Below, piece by piece: positions 19,394 through 29,682 of a stretch of 64,000 nucleotides of DNA. The DNA lies in assembly GCA_963727485.1 (NCBI GenBank), contig CAVSGM010000005.1, positions 93,635 through 157,634 on the forward strand. Reading direction: 5' to 3'. The notes beneath the pieces were generated by a model. That model made no database searches. It worked only from the letters and a program-made list of their open reading frames with translations, and was not told the origin of the DNA. The translations under genes and the position numbers were made by a program. The stretch is from an uncultured delta proteobacterium (GTDB lineage Bacteria > Myxococcota > Myxococcia > SLRQ01). Numbering within the stretch: position 1 is the stretch's first letter; each line of letters begins with the position of its first letter.

Positions 19394-20152
19394 CTAGGCC
19401 CGGAACCCGTCCTTGCGCGACCGGAGCTCGGCGAAGGCCTCCACCGGATCGGCCCGGCCGGTGTGGGCCCGGAACGCCGGATCGCCCACCCGGAGAAACG
19501 GGTTGGTCTCGAGCTCCTCGGCCAGGGTGGCCGGGACCGTGGGCTCGCCCTGGTGCCGGCGCCCCTGGGCCTCGGCGAGGCGCAGGCGCACCGCCTCGTC
19601 GTCGGGATCGACACTCTGGGCGAAGGCGAGGTTCCCCACCGTGTACTCGTGGCCGCAGTAGACCTGCGTCGACCGGGGGAGCGCCGCCAGGGCCGAGAGG
19701 GAGGCGTGCATCTGCGCCGGGGTGCCCTCGAAGAGGCGGCCGCAGCCGGCGGTGAACAGGGTGTCACCGGTGAACACCGCCTCCTCGGCGGCGAAGTGGA
19801 ACGCCACCGCCCCCAGGGTGTGGCCCGGGACCCGGAGGCAGGTCGCCTGGCTCCCGGCGGCTTCGACGACCTCGCCGTCGGTGACCGCCCGGGTGGCGCC
19901 GGGGATGCGGTCGAGGTCGTGGTCCGAGCAGATCACCTCCAGGTCCGGGTGGGCGGCGAGGAGGCCCTCGACGCCGCCGACGTGGTCCCAGTGGTGGTGG
20001 GTGAGGAGGATCTGCGTGAGGGGCACGCCGGCGTCCGCGACCGCCGCGAGGACCGGCTCGGCCTCCGAGGGGTCGACGACGGCGCAGGTCTTCTCCCCCA
20101 CGAGGAGCCAGGCGTAGTTGTCCTTGAGGAGCGGGAGGCCGACGATTCGCAT
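19394..20152 (-). CDS. gloB: Hydroxyacylglutathione hydrolase (glyoxalase II)
   Basis: DNYAWL, THHHWDHVGG, PGHT, GDTLFTAGCGRLFEG, CGHEYT, TNPFLR. Confidence 0.95.
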   Translation of the reverse strand: MRIVGLPLLKDNYAWLLVGEKTCAVVDPSEAEPVLAAVADAGVPLTQILLTHHHWDHVGGVEGLLAAHPDLEVICSDHDLDRIPGATRAVTDGEVVEAAGSQATCLRVPGHTLGAVAFHFAAEEAVFTGDTLFTAGCGRLFEGTPAQMHASLSALAALPRSTQVYCGHEYTVGNLAFAQSVDPDDEAVRLRLAEAQGRRHQGEPTVPATLAEELETNPFLRVGDPAFRAHTGRADPVEAFAELRSRKDGFRA

Positions 20153-20244
20153 GGCACCGGACCGTAGGCCGGCGATCCCAGGCGGTCAAGGCGCGCACCC
20201 CGCGGTGGGCCGACCGGCCGCGCCGAGGGGATCGCTCGGCGCCG

Positions 20245-22200
20245 TCAGCCCCGGGCGAGGCGCTGGCGCGCCCGGCCGATGAGCTGCTCGACGTCCACGT
20301 CGAGGGTGCGGTCGAGGACCTCGACGTCGGGGTTGAACACGAACTCCCCGGAGCGGATGGAGAGGACGCCGGTGAAGGCCTCCTCGCCGCGGACCTCGCC
20401 GAAGGTGGCGCTGACCACCCGGCCCTTCTCGAGGAAGATCTCGCCGTTGCGCCGGTGGCCGGTGACCACCACCTGCCCCGAGCGCCCGGCCTCCGAGAGG
20501 ATGGTGAGGATGTCGGGGAGCGGCATCTCGTCGAGGGTGCCCCGGATGGACTTGCCCTTGGCGCCGGCGGCGGCGTGGGTGTCGAGGACCCGCTTCACCT
20601 TGGCGAGGAACACCTCCACCGCGTCGGGCTGCTTGACCACGTAGTCGGCGGCGCCGAGGGAGAGCCCCTGCTCCACCGACTCGGGGCGGGCGTCGGTGGT
20701 GAGGAAGACCACCGGGAGCCCCTCGCCCCAGGGGAGGCTGCGCAGGTGGGAGACGAAGGTGAGGCCGGTCTCGCCCTCGCCGAGGAGGGTCTCGGTGATG
20801 AGGAGATCGGCGCCGTCGGAGAGGATGTCGAGGGCCGCCGCCGCCGACCGCGCCACCGAGGTGACGTAGCCCTTCTGGGTGAGCTTGAGCTCGAGGAGCG
20901 AGCCGTTCTCCGGGTCGGGATCGAGGATGACGATGTGCTGGCCGTCGGCGAGGAGCTTCTGGCGCATCAGGTCGCCGGTGACGATCTGCCGGAGGAGCTC
21001 GACCACCTGGGGGTCGAGGAGGGTGCCGGCGTAGGCGGTGAGCTCGGCGATGGCGAGGTCCCGGTCCAGGGGGTCGGCGCCGTCGCGGCCGAGGTGGGTG
21101 AGGTCCTCGTAGGCGTCCACCGCGGCGATGAGCCGGGCGCCGAGGCTGATGTCGGCGCCCCGGAGCCCCTCGGGGACCCCGCTGCCGTCCCAGGCCTCGT
21201 AGAGCTGCCCCAGGATCCGGTTGACCTCCACCGGGAGGTGGACCGACTCCATGAGCTTGTGGGGCGTCCGGTAGTACTTCTCGGCGTCCCCGTGGTGGCC
21301 CTCGTCCTCGGCGACCTTGATGGCGGTGAGGTGCCGGTCGGGCTTCTTGCCCAGGTCGTGGAGGTAGGCGGCGATGATGTGGTGGTTGGTCTCGCGCTCG
21401 TTGAGGCCCATGCGCCGCGAGAGGCTGCGCACCAGCTTCGCCACCGCCGCCGAGTGGCCCTTGAGCGGTCCGCGGCCGATCTCCAGGAGGCCCACCAGGA
21501 CGTTGAGGGTCTCGATGAAGTCGTTGTCGCTGGTGAGCGAGGCGCCGTGGACCTCGTCGATGGCCTGGCGGACGCTGGTGGGTGCCGCCGCGGTCCCGGA
21601 GTGCGGGGTGCCGGGGTTGGTCTCGGTGGGGACCTTGAGCTCGCTGACGCCGCTGCCCGAGCCCCGGGCGTGCTCGTAGTAGTCCACCAGGACCCGCACG
21701 TCCTCCCGGGCCCGGGGGTTCACGCTCTCCAGGTCGGCGAAGGCGCTGATGTCGCCGTAGTAGTGCTTCTTCACCGCGGCCCGGACCGCCGAACGGCTGG
21801 CGATGTAGGCGGCGACGCTGCCCGACTCGGAGAGGAGGCGGATCTCCTCGATGAGCTGGAGGTTCTGGGGCTCGGCCATGACCACCGAGAGGGTGCCGCT
21901 CGGCTCGTCCCAGAGGATGGGGAGGACCGCCGCCTGCTCGGCCATCCGCACCGGGACCCGATCGAGGATCGCCGAGGGGATCTTCACCTTGGAGAGCTTC
22001 TCGGTGCTCACGTACCGGGTGCGGTACTCGGCGGCGAGGAAGCGGAGCAGGGCCTGCTCCGGGACGTACCCGTTCTCGATGAGGATCTCGCCGAGACGGC
22101 CGCCGTGCTGCTTCTGGAACTCCAGCGCGGCGACGAGCTGGTCGGCGGAGAGCATCCCCGCCTCCACGAGGCGCTCACCGAGGCGCTTGTGTTGGGACAT
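20245..22200 (-). CDS. MshEN/GSPII_N + degenerate HD-GYP + pseudo-receiver + DUF4388 signalling protein
   Basis: Tandem RLGERLVEAGMLSADQLVAALEFQ / RLGEILIENGYV; LHDLGK; YEAWDGSGVP; REC with LLITE; GTLDEMPLPDILTIL...GEIFLEKGRVV. Confidence 0.85.
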   Translation of the reverse strand: MSQHKRLGERLVEAGMLSADQLVAALEFQKQHGGRLGEILIENGYVPEQALLRFLAAEYRTRYVSTEKLSKVKIPSAILDRVPVRMAEQAAVLPILWDEPSGTLSVVMAEPQNLQLIEEIRLLSESGSVAAYIASRSAVRAAVKKHYYGDISAFADLESVNPRAREDVRVLVDYYEHARGSGSGVSELKVPTETNPGTPHSGTAAAPTSVRQAIDEVHGASLTSDNDFIETLNVLVGLLEIGRGPLKGHSAAVAKLVRSLSRRMGLNERETNHHIIAAYLHDLGKKPDRHLTAIKVAEDEGHHGDAEKYYRTPHKLMESVHLPVEVNRILGQLYEAWDGSGVPEGLRGADISLGARLIAAVDAYEDLTHLGRDGADPLDRDLAIAELTAYAGTLLDPQVVELLRQIVTGDLMRQKLLADGQHIVILDPDPENGSLLELKLTQKGYVTSVARSAAAALDILSDGADLLITETLLGEGETGLTFVSHLRSLPWGEGLPVVFLTTDARPESVEQGLSLGAADYVVKQPDAVEVFLAKVKRVLDTHAAAGAKGKSIRGTLDEMPLPDILTILSEAGRSGQVVVTGHRRNGEIFLEKGRVVSATFGEVRGEEAFTGVLSIRSGEFVFNPDVEVLDRTLDVDVEQLIGRARQRLARG

Positions 22201-22247
22201 GGGTACCCCGAACGGCCAAAACCACCGCAGAATCGCGGCGATGGATC

Positions 22248-22277
22248 AGTATAGGCGGGGCCGGGTCAGGGGGTCAA
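22248..22277 (-). promoter_or_regulatory. sigma70-type promoter for the MshEN gene
   Basis: TTGACC-N18-TATACT on the minus strand, ~48 nt before the ATG. Confidence 0.6.
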
Positions 22278-22304
22278 AATCCTGCCCCCGGCCCCCTGGG
22301 TGCC

Positions 22305-24071
22305 TCACTCACCGCCCTCCGGGCTCCCCTCGCGGTCGGCCTTGGGGGCCTCGGGGGCCGCCGGGGTCTCCGCCGGCTTCGTGGTCTCGGGGGCCTGGGT
22401 TGCGGTCTCGGGGGCCCGGGTCGGGGTCTCGGGGGCCTCGGGGGCCCGGGTCGGGGTCTCGGTGGGGGCCGCGGCCTTCGCCTCGCCCTCGTCCGGGCCG
22501 GCCAGGGCCGCGAAGGGGTTGAAGGTGAGCGTGGGCTCCTTCTGCTTCGGCGCCCGCTCGCCCTTGGGCCCCTTGCCGGGTCCCTTGCCGCTCCGGGGCG
22601 CCCGCTCCGGGCGCCCGGACCGCTCGGCCTTGGGGCGCTTGCTCTCGGGGCGCTTGCCCTTGGGGCGCTCGGTCCGGGTCCGGCCGCGACCCTCGCCGGA
22701 GGTCTCGGCCCCGGCGGCGGTTGCGCCCCGCTCCGGGGCCCGGTCGCCGGCCTTCTTGCGCTTCTTGCGCTTGCGCTTCCGGGGGCTGCGCCGGGTGGTC
22801 GCCGAGGGGTCCATGCCGCCGCGGTAGAGGGGCCGGTCGTAGAGGCGGCTGTAGTCGGTCCAGCCGTCGGGCCCCGCGTCCTGGAGGAGCTCGGTGAACG
22901 AGTTCACCCGGGCGTCCACCACGTCGGCGTAGTGGACCAGGAGGGCCTCGAGGGTCTTGGGGCGCTTGGGCGACCCGTACTCGAGCTCGCCGTGGTGGCT
23001 GACCACGATGTGGACCACCTGGTCGAGGAGCTCGTCGGGGAAGCCGTCGATCTCCGAGGCCTGGTCGTGGACCCACTGGCTGGTCATCACCAGGTGCCCG
23101 ACCAGGCGGCCGGTCCGCGAGTAGCCGAAGGCGCCCTCGTAGACCAGCTCCTCAATCTTCCCGTAGTCGTGGAGGAAGCACCCGGTGAGCACCAGGTCCC
23201 GGTCCACGTGGGGGTAGTGCTCGCAGAGGCGCTGGCCGAGCTTCATCACCGAGAGGGTGTGCTCGATGAGGCCGCCGACCCAGGCGTGGTGCACCGACTG
23301 GGCCGCCGGGGCGCGCTTGAACTTCCGGGTCTGCTCGGGGTCGTCGAGGAAGGCGTGGAGGAGCTGCTTGAGGAAGCGGTTCTCCATCCCGTCGACCAGG
23401 GAGACGATCTCCTCGAGCTGGTGCTCGGCGGTGCCCCGCCCGGCGGGGAGGAACTCGGCCGTGGGGACCTCGAGGTCCGAGGCGTCGATCCGGTCCACGT
23501 CGTCGAGGCGCACCTGGAGGCGTCCCTGGAAGGTGACCGCGGTCCCCTTCACCCGGACGTGGTCCCCCTCGCGGAAGCGCTCGGCGACCTGCTCGGCACC
23601 GTCCCAGAGCCGCCCCTCGAGGCGTCCGGTGCGGTCGATGAGGGTCAGGGCGAGGAACGGGCGGCCGGCGCGGTCGATGGGCAGCTGCTTGCGCTGGACC
23701 AGGAAGAGCCCGGCGATGTCCTGGCCGGGCTCCACCTCGCCGGCGTAGTGGCCCTTGGCCCGGCGGACCTTGACCCCGGCGTCGCCCTTGGGGGGCTTGG
23801 GGGCCTCGGTGGACGGCGCGGCCTCGGTGGTCGCCGGCGCCTCGGACGGCGCGGCCTCGGTGGCGGGCGCGGCCTCGGCGGCGGGCGCGGCCTCGGTGGA
23901 CGGCGCGGCCTCGGTCGTCTCCGCGGCCTCGGTCGCCGGGGTCTCCGCCGCCGGGGTCTCGGGGGCGGCGGTCGCCTCGGTGGCCTCGGTGGGGGCCGCG
24001 GCCTGCGTGGTCTCCTCGGCCTGGGGCTCGTCCTCGGGGCTCGGCGCCTGGGTCTCGTTGCTCTCGGTCAT
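22305..24071 (-). CDS. YhaM/Cbf1-like 3'-5' exoribonuclease (OB fold + HD) with long low-complexity termini
   Basis: LIDRTGRLEGRLW OB fold; APAAQSVHHAWVGGLIEH, LHDYGKIEE, SHHGELEYGSPKRP. Confidence 0.88.
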   Translation of the reverse strand: MTESNETQAPSPEDEPQAEETTQAAAPTEATEATAAPETPAAETPATEAAETTEAAPSTEAAPAAEAAPATEAAPSEAPATTEAAPSTEAPKPPKGDAGVKVRRAKGHYAGEVEPGQDIAGLFLVQRKQLPIDRAGRPFLALTLIDRTGRLEGRLWDGAEQVAERFREGDHVRVKGTAVTFQGRLQVRLDDVDRIDASDLEVPTAEFLPAGRGTAEHQLEEIVSLVDGMENRFLKQLLHAFLDDPEQTRKFKRAPAAQSVHHAWVGGLIEHTLSVMKLGQRLCEHYPHVDRDLVLTGCFLHDYGKIEELVYEGAFGYSRTGRLVGHLVMTSQWVHDQASEIDGFPDELLDQVVHIVVSHHGELEYGSPKRPKTLEALLVHYADVVDARVNSFTELLQDAGPDGWTDYSRLYDRPLYRGGMDPSATTRRSPRKRKRKKRKKAGDRAPERGATAAGAETSGEGRGRTRTERPKGKRPESKRPKAERSGRPERAPRSGKGPGKGPKGERAPKQKEPTLTFNPFAALAGPDEGEAKAAAPTETPTRAPEAPETPTRAPETATQAPETTKPAETPAAPEAPKADREGSPEGGE

Positions 24072-24205
24072 CGGAAATCGGTCCTTTCTCACACCCGGTC
24101 GGCCGCGGCGCGTGGGTGGCCCACGACGTCATCCGGGGCCGGCTCTGCGGGCCCCCGGCGCGGCTCGGGCCCTGCGTAGCACGCGCGCACGCGCGGCGAC
24201 AAGGA

Positions 24206-25801
24206 TCAGGCGGGGTGGGCCCCGGCCACGATGCGCCGCCCGACGCGCAGCCCGTCGATGGCCGCTGAGGCGATGCCCCCAGCGTGGCCACACCCCTCGC
24301 CACAGGGGTAGAGCCCGGCCACCACCGGCGAGACCAGGTCGGGCCCCCGGGGGCAGGTCACCGGCGCGCTGGTCCGGGTCTCGGCGCCGACGAGGACCGC
24401 CTCGGCGGTGACGAAGCCGCGCAGGGTCCGCCCGAAGCGCCCGACGGCGTCGACCAGGGCCCGGGTCATGGCCTCGGGGTAGAGCCGGGCCAGGTCCGCC
24501 TCGACGAGGCCCCGGGGGTAGGAGTGTCGCCCGGTGAGGGGGCGCACCCTGCCTGCGAGGAGGTCGGTGAGGCGCTGGGCCGGGGCCCGGAAGGCGCCCC
24601 CGCCGGCGGCGTAGGCCCGGCGCTCCACGTCCTCCTGGAAGCGCACCCCGGCGAGGACGTCCTCGCCGAAGCCGGCGGCGGCGAAGTCCCCGGGGCCCAC
24701 CTGGACCACCAGGGCGCTGTTGGCCCACCGCGACGCCCGCCGCGCGCCGCTCATCCCGTTGACGCAGAGGAGGCCGTCGACGGTGGGCGTGGGCACCACC
24801 ACCCCGCCGGGGCACATGCAGAAGGCGTAGACCCCCCGCCCGCCGGCGGTGGCGGCGAGCTTGTAGTCCGCGGGCGGCAGGGCGGGGTGCCCCGCGGCGG
24901 GGCCGTACTGGATCTCGTCGATGAGGGCCTGGGGGTGCTCGACCCGCAGGCCCATGGCCAGCGCCTTGGGCGAAAGGAGCCCGGGGACCTCGGCCAGGGA
25001 CCGGTAGAGCTCCCGGGCGGCGTTCCCAGGGGCGAGGACCACCCGGGTGGCGTCCAGGACCTCGCCGCCTTCGAGGCGCACCCCGGTGACCCGGCCGCCG
25101 GCGACGCGCAGGCCCTCGACGTGGGCCGAGAACCGCACCTCGCACCCGCGGGTCTCCAGGTGGCGCCGGAGGGCGTCGACGATGGCCGGGAGGCGCTCGG
25201 AGCCCAGGTGGGGCTTGTTTGTGACCAGGATGTCCGGGTCGGCGCCGTGGCGCACCAGCACCTCGAGCACCTCCCGGACCTCGGGGTCGCGTACCCGGGT
25301 GGAGAGCTTGCCGTCGGTGAAGGTCCCGGCGCCGCCCTCGCCGAAGCTCACGTTGCTCTCGGGGTCGAGCTCACCGCGCTTGTAGAGGCGGGCCACGTCG
25401 AGCTTGCGCGGCCGGGTGGGGCGCCCGCGATCGAGGAGGACGCAGGGGAGCCCGGCCTCCACCAGGGCCAGGGCGCAGAAGAGGCCCGCGGGGCCGGCGC
25501 CGACGATCACCGGGGGCGGCCCGTCGAGGCGCACGGGGGGGCGGACGATCGCCGGCGCGGCCCGGGCCTCGGTGACCCCCGGGGGGAGCGCCGGGGGCAC
25601 GGGCGCCACCTCGGCCTCCACCGTGAACACGTAGCGCGGCCGGCGCCGGCCCCGGGCGTCGAGGGAGCGCCGGACAATCGCCACCTCGCCCACGGCGTCC
25701 GCCGGGACCCCCAGGCGCGCGGCCACCTTGCGCCGCAGGGCGGGGGCCGGCTCGAGGGCCGCGTCGAGGTCGAGCTCGAGGCCTGGCAGTCGCAGTCGCA
25801 T
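24206..25801 (-). CDS. NAD(P)/FAD-dependent oxidoreductase (uncharacterised FAD-dependent dehydrogenase family)
   Basis: IVGAGPAGLF, SNVSFGEGGAGTFTDGKL, FCMCPGG, ETRTSAP, GEGCGHAGGI. Confidence 0.88.
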   Translation of the reverse strand: MRLRLPGLELDLDAALEPAPALRRKVAARLGVPADAVGEVAIVRRSLDARGRRRPRYVFTVEAEVAPVPPALPPGVTEARAAPAIVRPPVRLDGPPPVIVGAGPAGLFCALALVEAGLPCVLLDRGRPTRPRKLDVARLYKRGELDPESNVSFGEGGAGTFTDGKLSTRVRDPEVREVLEVLVRHGADPDILVTNKPHLGSERLPAIVDALRRHLETRGCEVRFSAHVEGLRVAGGRVTGVRLEGGEVLDATRVVLAPGNAARELYRSLAEVPGLLSPKALAMGLRVEHPQALIDEIQYGPAAGHPALPPADYKLAATAGGRGVYAFCMCPGGVVVPTPTVDGLLCVNGMSGARRASRWANSALVVQVGPGDFAAAGFGEDVLAGVRFQEDVERRAYAAGGGAFRAPAQRLTDLLAGRVRPLTGRHSYPRGLVEADLARLYPEAMTRALVDAVGRFGRTLRGFVTAEAVLVGAETRTSAPVTCPRGPDLVSPVVAGLYPCGEGCGHAGGIASAAIDGLRVGRRIVAGAHPA

Positions 25802-25913
25802 CTGGTGCTTGACGCCCCCACCCAGTCCGGGTAGCGGTTGCCGCGCCCGACGGGTGCTCTACGTTTCGCGGCGCACCATCCTGCCACAGCACCCCCTGAA
25901 GGAGACGAATCTC

Positions 25914-26909
25914 ATGGCCCGCATCGCCATCAACGGTTTCGGTCGCATCGGTCGCTGCCTCTTCCGCCTCGCGGTGGACGGCGGCGGGCCCGAGGTGGTC
26001 GCCATCAACGACCTCACCGACGCCAAGACCCTCGCCCACCTCCTCAAGTACGACTCGGTCCACGGTCGCTTCGACCACGAGGTCGAGGCCCGGGGCGACG
26101 CCATCGTGGTCGACGGCCGGGAGATCCCGATCCTCGCCGAGCGCGACCCGGCGAAGCTCCCGTGGAAGCAGCACGAGGTGGAGCTGGTGGTCGAGGCCAC
26201 CGGCCGCTTCCGCAAGCGCGCCGACGCCAGCAAGCACCTCGAGGCCGGCGCCGAGCGGGTGCTCATCAGCGCCCCGGCCACCGATCCCGACATCACCATC
26301 TGCTACGGGATCAACCACGAGGCCTTCGACCCGGCGAAGCACAAGATCGTGAGCAACGCCTCGTGCACCACCAACTGCATGGCGCCGGTGGCGAGGACCG
26401 TCCTCGAGACCGCGGGGGTCGAGAAGGCCCTGATGACCACGATCCACAGCTACACCAACGACCAGCACCTCCTCGACCTGCCCCACTCCGACCTGCGCCG
26501 GGCCCGGGCCGCGGCGATGTCGATGATCCCGACGAGCACCGGCGCCGCCAAGGCGGTGGCGCTGGTGGTCCCCGAGCTCGAGGGCAAGATGCACGGGATG
26601 GCCGTCCGGGTCCCCACCCCCAACGTGTCGCTGGTGGACCTGACCATCCACACCTCGAAGAAGACCTCGGTGGAGGAGATCAACGGGGCCTTCGAGAAGG
26701 CGGCCAGCGGGGCGCTCAAGGGCATCCTCAAGTACGAGACCGATCCCACCGTCTCCGTCGACCACAACCACAGCAGCTACTCGGCGATCCTCGACGCCGA
26801 GAGCACCGCGGTGATGGGCGGCGACCTGGTGAAGGTGCTGGCCTGGTACGACAACGAGTGGGGCTTCTCCAGCCGGATGCTGGACATGACCCGGCTGCTC
26901 ACCCGCTAG
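25914..26909 (+). CDS. gap: Type I glyceraldehyde-3-phosphate dehydrogenase
   Basis: INGFGRIGR, SNASCTTNC, AWYDNEWG; AAGGAG RBS. Confidence 0.98.
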   Translation: MARIAINGFGRIGRCLFRLAVDGGGPEVVAINDLTDAKTLAHLLKYDSVHGRFDHEVEARGDAIVVDGREIPILAERDPAKLPWKQHEVELVVEATGRFRKRADASKHLEAGAERVLISAPATDPDITICYGINHEAFDPAKHKIVSNASCTTNCMAPVARTVLETAGVEKALMTTIHSYTNDQHLLDLPHSDLRRARAAAMSMIPTSTGAAKAVALVVPELEGKMHGMAVRVPTPNVSLVDLTIHTSKKTSVEEINGAFEKAASGALKGILKYETDPTVSVDHNHSSYSAILDAESTAVMGGDLVKVLAWYDNEWGFSSRMLDMTRLLTR

Positions 26910-26919
26910 GGAGCCGCCC

Positions 26920-28103
26920 ATGGCCATCCACACCCTCGACGAGCTCGACCTCGACGGGAAGCGGGTCTTCATCCGCGTCGACTTCAACGTGCCCCTCGAC
27001 GCCGCCGGGCACGTCGTCGACGACCGGCGGATCCGCGGCGCCCTGCCCACCATCCAGTACGCGGTGAAGCACGGGGCCCGGGTGATCCTGGCGAGCCACC
27101 TCGGCCGGCCCAAGGGGGGGCGCGACGAGAAGCTCTCGCTGCTCCCGGCCGGCGAGCGCCTCTCGGAGCTCCTCGGGCAGGACGTGGCGTTCGCCGACGA
27201 CTGCGTGGGCGACGGGGTGAAGAAGCTGGTCAAGGACCTCGCCGCCGGCCACGTCCTCCTCCTGGAGAACCTGCGCTTCCATCCGGGCGAGGAGGCGGGC
27301 GATCCGGCCTTCGCCCGGCAGCTCGCCGCCCTCGCCGACGTGTGGGTGATGGACGCCTTCGGGACCGCCCACCGGGCCCACGCCTCCACCGCGGTGATGG
27401 CCCAGTTCGTCGCCGAGAAGGCCGCGGGCTTCCTGGTGAAGAAGGAGCTCGACTACCTCGGCCGGGCCCTCGACGATCCCAAGCGGCCCTTCGTGGCCAT
27501 CCTCGGGGGCGCCAAGGTCTCGGACAAGATCAAGGTCATCGACGCCCTGCTCACCCGCTGCGACGCCCTGCTCATCGGCGGGGCCATGGCCTACACCTTC
27601 CTCAAGGCCAGCGGCGCCAGCGTGGGCCGCAGCCGGGTCGAGGAGGCCTCCGTGGACGAGGCCAGGCGCCTGCTCCGCCGGGCCGAGGAGCGCAAGGTCG
27701 AGCTGCTCCTGCCCCTGGACCACCTCGCCACCGACGCGGTCACCAGCGACAAGCGCCCCAAGACCACCGCCGGCGTGGACATCCCCCCGGACCTCCTCGG
27801 GGTGGACATCGGTCCGCGGACGGTGCGCGCGTACGAGGCGCGCATCGCCTCGGCGGGGACGGTGTTCTGGAACGGGCCCATGGGCATCTTCGAGACCGAG
27901 GCCTTCTCCGGCGGCACCTTCGCCCTCGCCCGGGCCCTCGCCGAGTCGAAGGCGGTCTCGGTGGTCGGCGGCGGCGACTCGGCCTCGGCGGTGCAGCAGG
28001 CCGGGGTGGCCGACCGGATCACCCACGTATCCACCGGCGGCGGCGCCTCCCTCGAGTTCCTCGAGGGCCGGCCCCTGCCCGGCATCCAGGCCCTGGAGGA
28101 CGG

Positions 28104-28107
<4 letters not shown>
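26920..28107 (+). CDS. pgk: Phosphoglycerate kinase
   Basis: [43 protein letters not shown]. Confidence 0.98.
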
Positions 28108-28872
<765 letters not shown>

Positions 28873-28932
28873 CCCGCGGGACGGAGCGTGGCATAGAGCC
28901 CCGTTCCACCCGGCGGCAGGAGCCCGAGTGCC

Positions 28933-29403
28933 ATGATTGCGTTCATCACCGTCGTCCACATCGTCGTCTCGCTGGTCATGATCGTCGTGATCCTCCTCCA
29001 GGAAGGGAAGGAGGGCATGGGCGCCATCGGCGGCGGCGTCGGCGCCACCGCCTTCGGGCCCCGCGCCCGGCCCACGCCCCTCTCCCGGATCACGGTGGTG
29101 GCGGCGGTGCTCTTCATGGTGACGGCGATCCTCCTCGCGTACCTGTCCAGCCAGGGGCACTCGGTCGTCGACACCGGCTCCTCGCCGGCGGCGACCGCTC
29201 CGGCGAAGGCCGGCGCCAAGACCGCCAAGCCCGGTGCCGCCGCGCCCGCCAAGACCGGCGGCCGCCGCGCCCGCCAAGACCGGTCGCCGCGCGCGCCGGC
29301 CAAGACCGCCCCCGCGCCGGCGAAGGCCGCCGCGGCTCCGGCGAAGCCCGCCCCCGCGCCGGCGAAGGGCGCGGCGCCGGCCTCCGGGAACACCGGGAAG
29401 TAG
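28933..29403 (+). CDS. secG: Preprotein translocase subunit SecG with Ala/Pro/Lys-rich tail
   Basis: VHIVVSLVMIVVILLQEGK...GMGAIGGG...LSRIT; canonical tpiA-secG-tRNA-Leu order. Confidence 0.9.
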   Translation: MIAFITVVHIVVSLVMIVVILLQEGKEGMGAIGGGVGATAFGPRARPTPLSRITVVAAVLFMVTAILLAYLSSQGHSVVDTGSSPAATAPAKAGAKTAKPGAAAPAKTGGRRARQDRSPRAPAKTAPAPAKAAAAPAKPAPAPAKGAAPASGNTGK

Positions 29404-29481
29404 CCCGGCGTTCCAGGGCGCATCCAGTGATTGCGTGGCCCCCGGGCCTATGCTAGGAAGCGCCTCCGCTCAATCGAATAT

Positions 29482-29568
29482 GCCGCGGTGGTGGAATTGG
29501 TAGACACGCCATCTTGAGGGGGTGGTGGCCAACTGGTCGTGTGAGTTCGAATCTCACCCGCGGCACCA
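29482..29568 (+). tRNA. tRNA-Leu (GAG)
   Basis: GCCGCGG/CCGCGGC acceptor stem, anticodon arm ccatc-ttGAGgg-ggtgg, long variable arm, GTTCGAATC, encoded CCA. Confidence 0.96.
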
Positions 29569-29574
29569 AAACGA

Positions 29575-29616
29575 CGAAGGCGCGCTTCCCGCATGGGGAG
29601 CGCGCCTTCGGCTTTC
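29575..29616. terminator. Hairpin terminator between tRNA-Leu and convergent lepB
   Basis: cgaaggcgcgcttccc-gcat-ggggagcgcgccttcg followed by gctttc. Confidence 0.7.
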
Positions 29617-29682
29617 CGTCCCCCGGCACCGGGCCGGGTCCCGGGTGCGGCGCCGGCCCCCCGCCGCGCCGCACCGCCCCGG

